NCBI GenBank assembly: GCA_037189525.1
Contig: JBBCJC010000003.1
Span: 224,001-288,000, forward strand
From: Gemmatimonadales bacterium
GTDB lineage: Bacteria > Gemmatimonadota > Gemmatimonadetes > Gemmatimonadales > GWC2-71-9
Direction: 5' to 3'
Length of the DNA: 64,000 nt
The position numbers and the translations under genes were made by a program. This document shows positions 31,194 through 41,081 of this stretch, one piece after another. The notes under the pieces were generated by a model. It was not told where the DNA came from. It saw nothing but the letters and a program-made list of their open reading frames with translations, and did no database searches. Numbering within the stretch: position 1 is the first letter of the stretch; each line of letters begins with the position of its first letter.

Positions 31194-32428
31194 GCGAGCC
31201 TCCCAACCGATGGCGGATCGGTCCGTTTCGCGATCCCGAATTCAAAAAAATCTCGGTGTTGATTGCGACCGCTATGATCGACATGATCGGGTTCGCCATC
31301 ATCTTTCCGCTCTTACCGTTCTATGCCATCGAACTCGACGCCTCGCCGTTTACCATCGGCTGGATCATGGCGTCCTTTTCGCTGGCCCAGCTGGCGTCGG
31401 CGCCGCTCTGGGGCCGGATCTCGGATCGTCACGGCCGCCGGCCGGCGGTCCTGGCCGGGCTGGCGGCATCGGGTATTGCGTACCTGGTGTTCGGCTACGC
31501 CACCAGTATCTGGGTCCTGCTGCTGTCGCGGCTGGTGCAGGGCGCGGGCGGGGGCACCACGGCAGTATTGCATGCCTACGTCGGCGATGCCATCCGTCCG
31601 GAGCGCCGAGCCCAGGCATTGGGCTGGATCTCCGCAGCGACCGGGCTGGGCGTTTCGGTTGGTCCGCTGATCGGGTCGTGGGCAGTCAAGTTCGGGACCG
31701 AGGTGCCGGGCCTGTTCGCGGCCGGTCTCTGCCTGCTCAATTTCGTGTTCACGTGGAAATGGCTGCCCGAGTCGCGGGTTCCCGATGCCGGCGATGCGAC
31801 CAAACCCCGCCGCTCGATTCGCGCCGCATTCGCCACCGTCGTGCGGCAGCCCCGCGAGACGGTCTCGCGCCTGGTCTGGATCTACGGCGCGGCCATGCTC
31901 GGCTTTTCGGCGATGACCTCGGTCTTTGCACTCTACCTCCACGATCGGTTCGCGATTACCGCCGACAAGATCGGACCGTTCTTCACCTATCTCGGCCTCC
32001 TCAATTTCGGGATGCGCGCCATCGTGCTCGGTCCCGCCGTGCGGCGGTTGGGAGAAACGGGAGCGATCCGCATCGGGACCATGACGCTGGTGGTGGGGCT
32101 GGTGGTCTACCCGCTGGTGCCGTCACTGCTGATTCTGCCGGTGGTGATGATGTTGATGCCGATCGGTACGGCGCTGTTGTTCCCGTCGACCACGGCCTTG
32201 ATGACCAAGTACTCCGACCCGGCCTCGCTGGGCATGACGATGGGGGTTGCCCAGGCGTTTGCCGGAGCTTCCCGGGTCGTGGCGCCCCTCGCGGCGACGT
32301 TCCTGTTTCAGCGGTTCGGATCAGGGACCCCGTTCTACGTGGCCGCCGGGGTCGTCGCCCTGGTCGGCCTGCTGGCGTTTCAACTTCCCGAGCGGCCCGC
32401 TGCTCCCCCAACGGACCAAAACGGCTAA
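31190..32428 (+). CDS. MFS transporter (DHA1/TetA-like)
   Basis: GRISDRHGRRP motif A, about 12 TM. Confidence 0.9.
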   Translation: MSEPPNRWRIGPFRDPEFKKISVLIATAMIDMIGFAIIFPLLPFYAIELDASPFTIGWIMASFSLAQLASAPLWGRISDRHGRRPAVLAGLAASGIAYLVFGYATSIWVLLLSRLVQGAGGGTTAVLHAYVGDAIRPERRAQALGWISAATGLGVSVGPLIGSWAVKFGTEVPGLFAAGLCLLNFVFTWKWLPESRVPDAGDATKPRRSIRAAFATVVRQPRETVSRLVWIYGAAMLGFSAMTSVFALYLHDRFAITADKIGPFFTYLGLLNFGMRAIVLGPAVRRLGETGAIRIGTMTLVVGLVVYPLVPSLLILPVVMMLMPIGTALLFPSTTALMTKYSDPASLGMTMGVAQAFAGASRVVAPLAATFLFQRFGSGTPFYVAAGVVALVGLLAFQLPERPAAPPTDQNG

Positions 32429-32437
32429 CTTTGCCCG

Positions 32438-34132
32438 ATGAATGTGACTTCGCCGGACGCCATCCGTGACTCCACCTGGGCCGACCTCGAGCCGAGCTTC
32501 GATGCGCTGCTCGCGCGCCCGATCGATCGCGACAACGTCGAAGCCTGGCTGGCCGAGTGGTCCCGCCTGGAAGAGATCGTGACCGAGGCCATCTCGAGCG
32601 CGATGATCGCCTATACCTGCGATACGGCAGACGCGGAGAAGGAGGCGACCCACCGCCGCTTCGTCGTCGAGATCGCGCCCAAGGTCGAAGAAAAGAGCGT
32701 CAAGCTGGCCGAGAAGTTTGCCCGGCTTGGCTATGACCGGCCGGGGATCGAGCAGATGACGGCGCGCTTCCGCCGGGCCATCGAGATTTTCCGTGAGGCC
32801 AACGTTCCGCTGATCGCCGAGCTCGAAGAGGCGGCCACCGCCTATCAGCGGCTGACCGGCGGCATGCTGGCCGAGTGGGACGGCGATAAGAAGCCGCTGC
32901 CGCAGCTGACGCCCTTCCTGCAGTCCGCCGATCGGACGGTCCGGGAGCGCGCCTTCCGGGCCATCGTAGGCCCCTATATGGCGGCGCGAGATCAGCTGGC
33001 CGAGTTGTTCGATCGGCAGCTGCGTCTCCGGCAGCAGGTGGCTCGCAACGCGGGCTTTGCGGATTTCCAGCAGTACACCTTCGCCGCCAAATGCCGCTTC
33101 GACTACGGGCCGGACGATTGCCGGCGTTTTCATGCCGCCGTCGAGGCGGTGGCCGTCCCGGCCGTGGCCAGGATCTACCAGGAGCGCCGCCGGCGGCTGG
33201 GTGTGTCGTCGCTCCGGCCGTGGGACCTGATGGCGCCGATCTACCGAGACCAGCCGCTCCGGCCGTTTGCCGACGTTGCGGAGCTGACGGGAAAGACGAA
33301 CCGTCTGTTCGAGCAGCTCGACGATGACCTGGCGGGCCAGTTCCGGATCATGGTCGACGAGCGCCTGCTCGATCTCGAGAGCCGGAAGAACAAGGCGCCC
33401 GGCGGCTATTGCGATACGCTCCATTTCCGCGGCCGTCCGTTCGTTTTCATGAACGCGTCGGGGGTCATGGAGGATGTGCAGACACTGCTGCACGAAGCGG
33501 GGCATGCCTTTCATGCGTTTGCTGCGCATCGGCAGCCGCTGATCTGGCAGCGCCACCCGACCGCCGAATCGGCCGAGCTGGCGTCGATGTCGATGGAACT
33601 GCTGGCGGCGCCGCTGCTCGATGCGCAGGGCGCGTTCCTCTCCGAGCGCGATGCCGCGGTGGCCCGGATCGAACATCTCGAGGATGTGCTGGTGACCTTG
33701 TGCCACGTCGCGGCGGTGGACGCCTTCCAGGCTTGGGTCTATTCCGATCCCCGCGGGGCCGACGCCCGGGCGCGCGATGCCGAGTGGCTGGCGATCCGCT
33801 CGCGTTTCGAGCCCACGGTCGATTGGAGCGACCTGGGCGTCGAGCGAGTGGCCCGGTGGTATCGCCAGCTGCACATCTTCCTGTATCCGTTCTACTACAT
33901 CGAATACGGGATTGCCCAGTTGGGCGCCATTCAGGTCTGGCAGAACCACCGGCGCGCCCCGGCCGAGGCGCTGGATGCGTATCGTCGCTTCCTCTCGCGC
34001 GGCGCCACGGCCTCGTTGCCCGAGCTCTATCGGGAGGCGGGGGCCAGGCTCATCTTCGACCGTGAGTCTATGGAGACCCTGGTCGGCGAAGTCGAGTCCG
34101 AAATCGAGCGCCAGCGGGCGGTCATCGGGTAG
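32438..34132 (+). CDS. M3 family oligoendopeptidase (PepF-like)
   Basis: [36 protein letters not shown]. Confidence 0.92.
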   Translation: MNVTSPDAIRDSTWADLEPSFDALLARPIDRDNVEAWLAEWSRLEEIVTEAISSAMIAYTCDTADAEKEATHRRFVVEIAPKVEEKSVKLAEKFARLGYDRPGIEQMTARFRRAIEIFREANVPLIAELEEAATAYQRLTGGMLAEWDGDKKPLPQLTPFLQSADRTVRERAFRAIVGPYMAARDQLAELFDRQLRLRQQVARNAGFADFQQYTFAAKCRFDYGPDDCRRFHAAVEAVAVPAVARIYQERRRRLGVSSLRPWDLMAPIYRDQPLRPFADVAELTGKTNRLFEQLDDDLAGQFRIMVDERLLDLESRKNKAPGGYCDTLHFRGRPFVFMNASGVMEDVQTLLHEAGHAFHAFAAHRQPLIWQRHPTAESAELASMSMELLAAPLLDAQGAFLSERDAAVARIEHLEDVLVTLCHVAAVDAFQAWVYSDPRGADARARDAEWLAIRSRFEPTVDWSDLGVERVARWYRQLHIFLYPFYYIEYGIAQLGAIQVWQNHRRAPAEALDAYRRFLSRGATASLPELYREAGARLIFDRESMETLVGEVESEIERQRAVIG

Positions 34133-34275
34133 TCGCGTGTCTGCCGCGGGTGGGGGGCACGAAATGGGTTTTGGGGCTCCTGGCGGGCCTTACGGTTGCC
34201 CTCAGGCCCCCGCCAGGGCACATTTATCAGTCTAGGCTGGATTGGACTCACCGTCGAAAGGACCAGGCATCTCGG

Positions 34276-34494
34276 ATGGCGAAGGAAGAAGGCATTGAAA
34301 TGGAAGGGGTGGTGCAGGAGGTGCTCCCCGACCGCAACTACCGTGTGCTGCTCGAGAACGGCCACACGATCCTCGCATACGCCGCCGGGAAAATGAGCAA
34401 GTTCAAGATCCGGGTCCTCGAGGGCGACCGGGTCAGCGTGGTGCTTTCACCGTATGACTTGACCCGCGGCCGCGTCATCTATCGCCACAAGTAG
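34276..34494 (+). CDS. infA: translation initiation factor IF-1
   Basis: [18 protein letters not shown]...IRVLEGDRV...[13 protein letters not shown]. Confidence 0.97.
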   Translation: MAKEEGIEMEGVVQEVLPDRNYRVLLENGHTILAYAAGKMSKFKIRVLEGDRVSVVLSPYDLTRGRVIYRHK

Positions 34495-34534
34495 GGCGCA
34501 ACGGGCGACACGAGACCGCTGTCAGGAAAACGCA

Positions 34535-34565
34535 AAGGGGCCGCTCCAACCGGGAGCGGCCCCTT
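34535..34565. terminator. intrinsic terminator between convergent infA and csp
   Basis: AAGGGGCCGCTCC-aaccg-GGAGCGGCCCCTT; T-rich tail on the minus strand. Confidence 0.8.
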
Positions 34566-34587
34566 CGTCGTCCGAGAGCCGGCGTGC

Positions 34588-34800
34588 TTACCTGACCTTG
34601 GTCACGTTCTCCGCGGCCGGCCCCTTGGCCCCGGATACCATGTCGAACTCCACCCGCTCGCCCTCGGCGAGACTGCGGAATCCGTCTGCCTTGATCGCCG
34701 AGTGGTGAACGAAGCAATCCTTTTCGCCGTTTTCGGGGGTGATGAAGCCGAACCCCTTCGCATCGTTGAACCACTTCACGGTGCCGGTAATACGTGCCAT
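34588..34800 (-). CDS. cspA: cold-shock protein
   Basis: [15 protein letters not shown] (RNP1), CFVHHSAI (RNP2), [17 protein letters not shown]. Confidence 0.95.
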   Translation of the reverse strand: MARITGTVKWFNDAKGFGFITPENGEKDCFVHHSAIKADGFRSLAEGERVEFDMVSGAKGPAAENVTKVR

Positions 34801-35025
34801 TACGCCAAACTCCCTCATTTGATGATTCCTGCAGCCGGTGCGATACGAGTTCGTCCCGGCTATTCCACCAGGCGCGAGCCCATCTCGCGCCGGGAAACTT
34901 CACGCAGACCGCGCAGCAACCTGCTGACGGCTGTCAGCGGTCGGCGTTGAACGACAATTGATTGGCAGGGTGGACGACGGCTTCATCGAAGCCGGTCACA
35001 ATGTTGGCCCCGGGCGCCGAGGGTG

Positions 35026-36789
35026 TCAAGACTTGGGCCGATACGGCTCGTAGAGCCGGGCCAGGCCCTTCTGCCACCAGAACTTCGACCGTGCCCGCTG
35101 GTCGCGGCGCGCGGCGCGATTCAGGGCGTGCAGGAACTCCGCTGCCGACTGGTATCGGGCGTTCTTGTCGGCCTGGATGGCCAGCCGCAGTACGCCGGCC
35201 AGGCCCGAGCCGACATCGGGCTGCTCAGTCTCGAGATCGGGGAGCCGGTTCATGGTTTGCTTGGCCAGCACCACCTCGGGCCGGTTGCCGGAGAAAGGCG
35301 GGTAGCCGAGCAGGGCGAAGTATCCGACCGCGGCCAGGCTGTACAAATCCGATCGGTGATCGATCTGGTCGCCGAGTAGCTGCTCGGGGCTCGCGAACTG
35401 GGGCGTCCCGCTCCGGCTCGACGCGCCGCCGAACCGTCCCTGACCGAGCAGTGCCACGGCCAGGCCGAAGTCCGTGATCCGCAGCCGGCCGGTCCGATCG
35501 ATCAGCAGGTTCTCGGGCTTGATGTCGCGATGGACCAGGCCGCTGGCATGCGCGTGGGCGAGCGCACCGAGCGCTTCCCGCAACAGGGCCACGACCCGGT
35601 CGGGGTCGAGCGGCCCTTCGCGTTCCACCAGCTGCGCCAGGTTGGGCCCGTCGATCAGTTCCATGGTGTACCAGAGCAGCCCCGACCGGCCCCCGATTTC
35701 ATAGATGTTGACGATATTCGGGTGGTTGACCCGGGCCGCCAGCTGCGCTTCCTGACGGAAGCGTTCCAGACCCGCGGGGTCCTGGGTCAGCGACGGATGC
35801 AGCAGCTTGAGGGCGACGATGCGCTCCAGGTGCAGATCGCGCACCCGGTAGACTCGGCCGAATCCTCCCGAACCGATTTCGCCGAGCAGTTCGTAGTCGT
35901 CGCCGAAGGCGCGCCTGATTCGCTTTTCCCATTCGCGCGGCGCTTCGCTGACGGCTTGCGGTGTCGCATCCAGCGTCGAGGCGGTGGTGTACGCGCCGGC
36001 TTCGGACGCAAAATCCTCGAGCATTTCGGACACGCTCAGGAACCGCGCATTGGGCTGCGGCTGCATGGCGCGCATCAGGATTCGGTCGAGCAGCTGCGGA
36101 CTGGCATGTCGGATGCTGGATGCCGGTTCGACCCGGGTCGGGTCCTCATCGGGCTCGACCCCGGTCAGCGCATAGTAGATCACCGCGCCGGCTGCGTAGA
36201 CATCGGCCATCACGTCTCCCATCGAGCCGTCGCGCACTTCGGGAGCCATGAAGTGCGGCGAGGACGGACGCTCGGTCGGCGGAATGAACGGCAAGACGTA
36301 GCTGCAGAACCGGACGTCGGTAATGGTGGCGCGTCCGGTCGCGCTGACCAGCACCGAACTCGGTACCACGCGGCGGAGGATGATACCGTTGGCGTGCGCG
36401 TGCTCCATCCCGCGCAACAGGTCGCGGGCCAGGACGTGGACTTGGGGAATCGGCCGGGGACCCCGGGTCACCGCAATCTGGAGCGATTCGGCCTCGATCC
36501 AGTTGCCGATCCGGAAGGCCATGTCGTCCACCACGCCGACGTCGTAGGCGTGCCGGATGGCGGGATGATCGAGCTGGCCGAGCGCTTCGGCCTCCCGGAG
36601 GAACCAGACGCGTAACTGATCGTTGCCGGAAAAGTTGACCCGGATGCTGACGCGCCGGTTGAGCAGGGTGTCCCGCCCGACGAACAGCACCCGCTCGAGC
36701 GAGGCGGCGACCAGTCGCTCCAACCGGTAGCGCGAGCCCAGCCGCCGTTCGGTTGCTGCGAAGAGGGATGCCGGTTCGAGGCTGATCAC
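35026..36789 (-). CDS. soluble tandem Ser/Thr kinase: N-terminal pseudokinase plus C-terminal intact Hanks kinase
   Basis: Domain 2: GSGGFG, VALK, HRDIKPEN, DFG, SPEQ; domain 1 keeps APE and ADVYAAG but lacks VAIK, HRD and DFG. Confidence 0.88.
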   Translation of the reverse strand: MISLEPASLFAATERRLGSRYRLERLVAASLERVLFVGRDTLLNRRVSIRVNFSGNDQLRVWFLREAEALGQLDHPAIRHAYDVGVVDDMAFRIGNWIEAESLQIAVTRGPRPIPQVHVLARDLLRGMEHAHANGIILRRVVPSSVLVSATGRATITDVRFCSYVLPFIPPTERPSSPHFMAPEVRDGSMGDVMADVYAAGAVIYYALTGVEPDEDPTRVEPASSIRHASPQLLDRILMRAMQPQPNARFLSVSEMLEDFASEAGAYTTASTLDATPQAVSEAPREWEKRIRRAFGDDYELLGEIGSGGFGRVYRVRDLHLERIVALKLLHPSLTQDPAGLERFRQEAQLAARVNHPNIVNIYEIGGRSGLLWYTMELIDGPNLAQLVEREGPLDPDRVVALLREALGALAHAHASGLVHRDIKPENLLIDRTGRLRITDFGLAVALLGQGRFGGASSRSGTPQFASPEQLLGDQIDHRSDLYSLAAVGYFALLGYPPFSGNRPEVVLAKQTMNRLPDLETEQPDVGSGLAGVLRLAIQADKNARYQSAAEFLHALNRAARRDQRARSKFWWQKGLARLYEPYRPKS

Positions 36790-38117
36790 CCGTCGCTGGT
36801 GGTGACGACGGCGTGGCCGCCGTGTTTCTTGGCTTTGTACAGCGCGGCGTCGGCGGCGGCCATCACCGCGGCCGGCGTGAGTCCGTCGCGAGGAGCTTCC
36901 GCAATCCCGATCGAGAGTGACCCAATCCCGAACTCGGGATACTCGGTGACCATGTCGCCGAACGCGTTGATGACCCGATCGACGAATCCCTGTGCTTCGG
37001 CCGGATTGGTCATCGGGAGGATCACCAGGAACTCGTCGCCGCCCAGTCGCCCGACGACGTCGAGGGTACGAATGTGGCGGCGGAGCAACTGGCTGATCAG
37101 GACCAGGTACCGGTCGCCGGCGGCGTGGCCCAGCGTGTCGTTGATGACCTTGAAGCGATCCAGGTCGATCATCGCGATCGTGGTTCGGATTTGGTGGCGC
37201 ACGCTCCGCGAAATCTCGGCTTCGAGCCGCTCGGCCAGGGCGCGGCGATTGAAGAGGCCGGTCAGCTGGTCGGTGGTGGCGGCGCTCTGGAGTCGTTCGA
37301 CCAGCTCGGCATTCTTGAGCGCAATGGCGCCGGCAAAGGCCAGGGTGGCGGCGAGGTCTCGCTCGGCCTTGCCGTAGGCCAGCCCGTTGAGCCGGGGCCC
37401 CAGCAGCAGGACCGCGACCCGTTCACCGCCGGCGTCGAGCGGAATCAGCATCTCGGTGCCCGTCGGTACCAGCTGCGCCAGACCGACCTCGCGCGGATCG
37501 GCAATGCCGGAGCCGAGCGGCACCGCGGCTTCGAGTTCTTCGCGGCCGATGCTTTCGGGCACCCGGTCCCGATCCAGCGACCGGATCGACATCGGTATGA
37601 ACGCGGCGCCGCTCGGTCGGTAGAGGCATGCCCACCAGGCAAAGAAAACCTCGGCCATGAAGTCGAGCACCAGCGTTTCGCTCTCGCCGGTCGAATGGGC
37701 GGAGGAGAGGAGCCGCGCGACCTGGCGGAGGGCCCGAAGCTGGAACACCGCGTCGTCCAGGGCCAGTTGGCGTTCGACCAGCACGCTGCGGAGGTCGAGG
37801 ACGACGGACAGGCCGAAGCCGACCTGGAAGGCGAGCGGCCGGACCCGGTCGACCAGATCCGCTTCCGTCGAAATCGCAATGGCCGTGTCACCCGCCGCAT
37901 AATGCGCCACTTGAACCCGATCCGACTCCGCCGAAGCGGGGCCAAACCACTGGGTTTCGCCTCCGTTGGTGACGGAAAGCCAGATCCGGTCGGATTCGAG
38001 TCGCTCTGAAAGGATCCGCCGACACCGCTCCAGCAACTCCCCGTCTGACCTGGCTTGGCGGCAGGCAATCGAGAAGGCGCTTGGAAGCTCGGAAATCGCG
38101 GAGATCGATCCGTCCAT
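36786..38117 (-). CDS. sensor (GAF-like) diguanylate cyclase
   Basis: TDQLTGLFNRR, DLDRFKVINDTLGHAAGD, RTLD I-site, RLGGDEF, ADAALY. Confidence 0.9.
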   Translation of the reverse strand: MDGSISAISELPSAFSIACRQARSDGELLERCRRILSERLESDRIWLSVTNGGETQWFGPASAESDRVQVAHYAAGDTAIAISTEADLVDRVRPLAFQVGFGLSVVLDLRSVLVERQLALDDAVFQLRALRQVARLLSSAHSTGESETLVLDFMAEVFFAWWACLYRPSGAAFIPMSIRSLDRDRVPESIGREELEAAVPLGSGIADPREVGLAQLVPTGTEMLIPLDAGGERVAVLLLGPRLNGLAYGKAERDLAATLAFAGAIALKNAELVERLQSAATTDQLTGLFNRRALAERLEAEISRSVRHQIRTTIAMIDLDRFKVINDTLGHAAGDRYLVLISQLLRRHIRTLDVVGRLGGDEFLVILPMTNPAEAQGFVDRVINAFGDMVTEYPEFGIGSLSIGIAEAPRDGLTPAAVMAAADAALYKAKKHGGHAVVTTSDG

Positions 38118-38247
38118 GGCTCGAATTATAGGGGCGCGTGCGCGGCGATGAAATACGGTGCAAATGCCTGCCGGGCTTAACCTTCCGGCCCGGGTGCCGA
38201 TACTTGGACGTATTCTGGTCGGCAGGCTTTGTGCCAAGGAGCTCGGG

Positions 38248-39132
38248 ATGTTCGTTGTGAAACTGCTGGCTACGGGAGCCGCGGCCTTCGGTGGCGCGGT
38301 TCTCGTGGGTGTGATTGCGATGTCGGGGCGGGAACTGCGCAGGGCCGGCGACGACATGGTCGTGATGCGGCGCGCGGTCGATAGCATGCGGGTGGCTCTG
38401 GCAGGGACGATGTCGGCGCGCGGTTTCGTCGCCGGCCGCCCCGGCGCGGTGACCCCGGTAACGCCGGCCGCCATGTCGCCCTCTCTCGATGCCGCTGCCT
38501 TCGTCGATCCGCTGGCCAGCGTGGTCGGATTCGTCCAGCTGGGCAAGGATGTCTTCGTCGGTCCGTTGGCCTCGATCCGGGGCGATGCGACAGGTCAGCC
38601 CATTGCCGTCGGCGAGGGAAGCAACATCCAGGACGGTGCCGTGGTGCAGGCGCTCGAGACGGTGGATGACGGGAAGCCGATTCCGGGCCGGATCTTCAAA
38701 GTCGGCGCCCGGGAATACTCGGTCTACATCGGGAAACGCGTCTCGCTCGCTCCGCAGTCACTGGTCCACGGCCCGGCGCAGCTCGACGACAATGTCTACG
38801 TTGGGATGCAGGCGATGGTCTTCCAGTCGCGGATCAGCAGCGGGGTCGTGATCGAACCCGGCGCGCGGGTCATCGGCGTGACCGTTCCGCCCAACCGCTA
38901 TGTTCCGGCCGGGCAGACGGTTGCCGAGCAGAGTGCGGCCGACCGCCTGCCGACCATCACGGATTCCTATCGATTCAAGGGCATGGGTGAGGCCGCGGTC
39001 CGGGTCAACACCGGTCTGGCGCGCGGCTATCTCAAGGCCTTACGTGAGGCGGAGGCCATCCGGACCAAGCCGCCGGTCGCCGAAGGTGTGATGGCTTCGC
39101 ACGACGCCCCGGCCAAGGCGGCGTCGCACTGA
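38248..39132 (+). CDS. N-terminally anchored/exported Cam-type gamma carbonic anhydrase-like protein with degenerate Zn ligands
   Basis: Hexapeptide repeats; ASIRGD, SNIQDGAVVQALE, VSLAPQSLVHGPA, VRVNTGLARGY match the Cam layout. Confidence 0.8.
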   Translation: MFVVKLLATGAAAFGGAVLVGVIAMSGRELRRAGDDMVVMRRAVDSMRVALAGTMSARGFVAGRPGAVTPVTPAAMSPSLDAAAFVDPLASVVGFVQLGKDVFVGPLASIRGDATGQPIAVGEGSNIQDGAVVQALETVDDGKPIPGRIFKVGAREYSVYIGKRVSLAPQSLVHGPAQLDDNVYVGMQAMVFQSRISSGVVIEPGARVIGVTVPPNRYVPAGQTVAEQSAADRLPTITDSYRFKGMGEAAVRVNTGLARGYLKALREAEAIRTKPPVAEGVMASHDAPAKAASH

Positions 39133-39135
39133 GCG

Positions 39136-39750
39136 CTATCCTGCTCTGAGGCGCCGCCGGAGCTCGTCCGCCGAGACGCGGAAGGCCTCCATCATGGCAG
39201 GGCGGTCCCAGGTCTGGTGGCGTTCCAAGGTGTCGCCCAGGATGCCCACCCACCAGACGGTTTCGGCGGAATTGGGGCCGCCGATGCTGTCCTGCCCGAT
39301 CGTTTCCAGATATTCGATACCCAGCCGTCGGATCGATACCAGCGCCGCCCCGATTCGGTGCAGTTCCTCGGCGACGCAGATGTCGACGGCCAGCGGGGTG
39401 GCCTCGGCGATCTGCGCCAGGTACTCGAAACGGCAGGTCTTCCAGGTCCGCTCCCGTCCCAGCACATCGAACCGCGGTTCCGTGGCCGCCGCCACCATCG
39501 AAGCCACCGGCGCGCCGAATTTGGCGTCGATTTCCCGGGCCAGCGATGGGAGACGGGTGATGGGAACCGCGTCGGCGAGATGCTTCAGGATGCCGGCGAC
39601 GATGGTCGATTCATCGGCGCCGTAACGCGCGAGAATGACGGCGACACTGGAGGCCCGAATCAGGCACGACTGCCCGTCGTAACGGGAGACCCGCTCCGGG
39701 TGGTGTTTGGCCGCGAAGGCGAGGGCGTGATGGATTCGATCGGAGTACAC
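39136..39750 (-). CDS. Mesh1/SpoT-hydrolase-like HD-fold protein with degenerate HD motif
   Basis: ALAFAAKHH, VAVILARYG, IVAGILKHLAD, IDAKFGAPVASMV, ERTWK, VAEELH. Confidence 0.72.
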   Translation of the reverse strand: MYSDRIHHALAFAAKHHPERVSRYDGQSCLIRASSVAVILARYGADESTIVAGILKHLADAVPITRLPSLAREIDAKFGAPVASMVAAATEPRFDVLGRERTWKTCRFEYLAQIAEATPLAVDICVAEELHRIGAALVSIRRLGIEYLETIGQDSIGGPNSAETVWWVGILGDTLERHQTWDRPAMMEAFRVSADELRRRLRAG

Positions 39751-39754
39751 GTGG

Positions 39755-40396
39755 CTATCTGAGTCCGGTCAGCTTGTGAGTCTGTAAGGACAATCGCCAC
39801 GCGGGGTGCGCCAGACAATAGGCAATCGCGGCTTGCGTGTTGGCCTCCCGGTCCGGGCCATCCATCGGTTGCAGGAAAAAGTGACGGAACGCGAGGCCGG
39901 CGAATCGCTCGGGCGGCGCGGTTTCCTGGGGAAAGACGAGTTTGAGTTCGTCGCCGCCGGTGACGGCCAGGGTGCTGGCCGCTTTGGGACTGACGCAGAC
40001 CCAATCGATGCCCGGTGGGACCTGCTGCGTGCCGTTGGTTTCGATGGCGATCTCGAAGCCCAGCGCGTGGACCGCGTCGATCAGCGGGCTATCCAGTTGC
40101 AGCAGCGGTTCGCCACCGGTAAACACGACGTAGGGCCGAGCCGTAGGGCCACCGCCGGCCGGCCAATGATCCGCAATGGCGGCGGCCAGCGCAGCCGGCG
40201 TTCCGAAGCGTCCGCCCCCCGGACCATCGGTGCCGACGAAATCGGTGTCGCAGAACTGGCAGACGGCGCTGGCGCGGTCCTGTTCGCGGCCGGTCCACAG
40301 GTTGCACCCGGCAAATCGGCAGAACACGGCTGCTCGGCCGGTTTGGGCGCCCTCGCCCTGCAGGGTGAAGTAGATCTCTTTGACGGCGTACGACAC
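39755..40396 (-). CDS. queE: 7-carboxy-7-deazaguanine synthase (radical SAM)
   Basis: EIYFTLQGEG, CNLWTGREQDRASAVCQFCDTDF, TGGEPLLQ, ETNGT, SPK, SLQTHK. Confidence 0.94.
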   Translation of the reverse strand: MSYAVKEIYFTLQGEGAQTGRAAVFCRFAGCNLWTGREQDRASAVCQFCDTDFVGTDGPGGGRFGTPAALAAAIADHWPAGGGPTARPYVVFTGGEPLLQLDSPLIDAVHALGFEIAIETNGTQQVPPGIDWVCVSPKAASTLAVTGGDELKLVFPQETAPPERFAGLAFRHFFLQPMDGPDREANTQAAIAYCLAHPAWRLSLQTHKLTGLR

Positions 40397-40400
40397 GATC

Positions 40401-41081
40401 TCAACTCGCCAGGTACGGAGCGGGGTCGGCGATGCCCAGCTCGGCAAAGCCGCGGAGGCGGATGCTGCAGGCGTCGCAGCGGCCGCAGGACAGGCCGTCT
40501 TCGGTCAGCTGATAACAGCTGCGTGTCAGACCGAAGTCGACGCCGAGATCGAGGCCGCGCCGGATGATCTGGGATTTGGTGAGCCAGATCAGCGGGGTGT
40601 GGATGGTCACCCGGTTGCCGTCGATCGCGGCTTTGGTGGCCAGGTTGGCCATCGCCTGAAAGGCGGCGACGTACTCGGGCCGGCAATCGGGGTAGCCGCT
40701 GTAGTCGACTGCGTTGACGCCGATCACAATATCGCGGGCGTCGAGGACTTCGGCCCAGGCGAGCGCGTAGGACAGAAAGATGGTGTTGCGCGCCGGCACG
40801 TAGGTGATCGGAATGCCCTCGTCCGCCTGCCGGTCGACCGGCACCGGAATGTCCGCGGTCAGCGCCGAGCCGCCGAAAGCGCGGAGGTCGATGTCGACGA
40901 CGATGTGACGCGCCACGCCGAGTTGCGCAGCGACTGCCTCCGCGGCCTGGATTTCGGCGACGTGGCGCTGGCCGTAACGGAAACTCATCGCGTACGGAGT
41001 GAGCCCCAGCGCCTTGGCGATGGCCAGGGCGCTCGCGGAATCGAGTCCTCCGCTCAGGAGAATGACGGCAGGTGCGCTCAT
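40401..41081 (-). CDS. queC: 7-cyano-7-deazaguanine synthase
   Basis: [41 protein letters not shown]. Confidence 0.96.
   Translation of the reverse strand: MSAPAVILLSGGLDSASALAIAKALGLTPYAMSFRYGQRHVAEIQAAEAVAAQLGVARHIVVDIDLRAFGGSALTADIPVPVDRQADEGIPITYVPARNTIFLSYALAWAEVLDARDIVIGVNAVDYSGYPDCRPEYVAAFQAMANLATKAAIDGNRVTIHTPLIWLTKSQIIRRGLDLGVDFGLTRSCYQLTEDGLSCGRCDACSIRLRGFAELGIADPAPYLAS

Noticed and set aside
34843..34870. GAGTTCG...TCCACCA, tRNA-like 3' end
   Set aside because: No T-arm or cloverleaf can be formed
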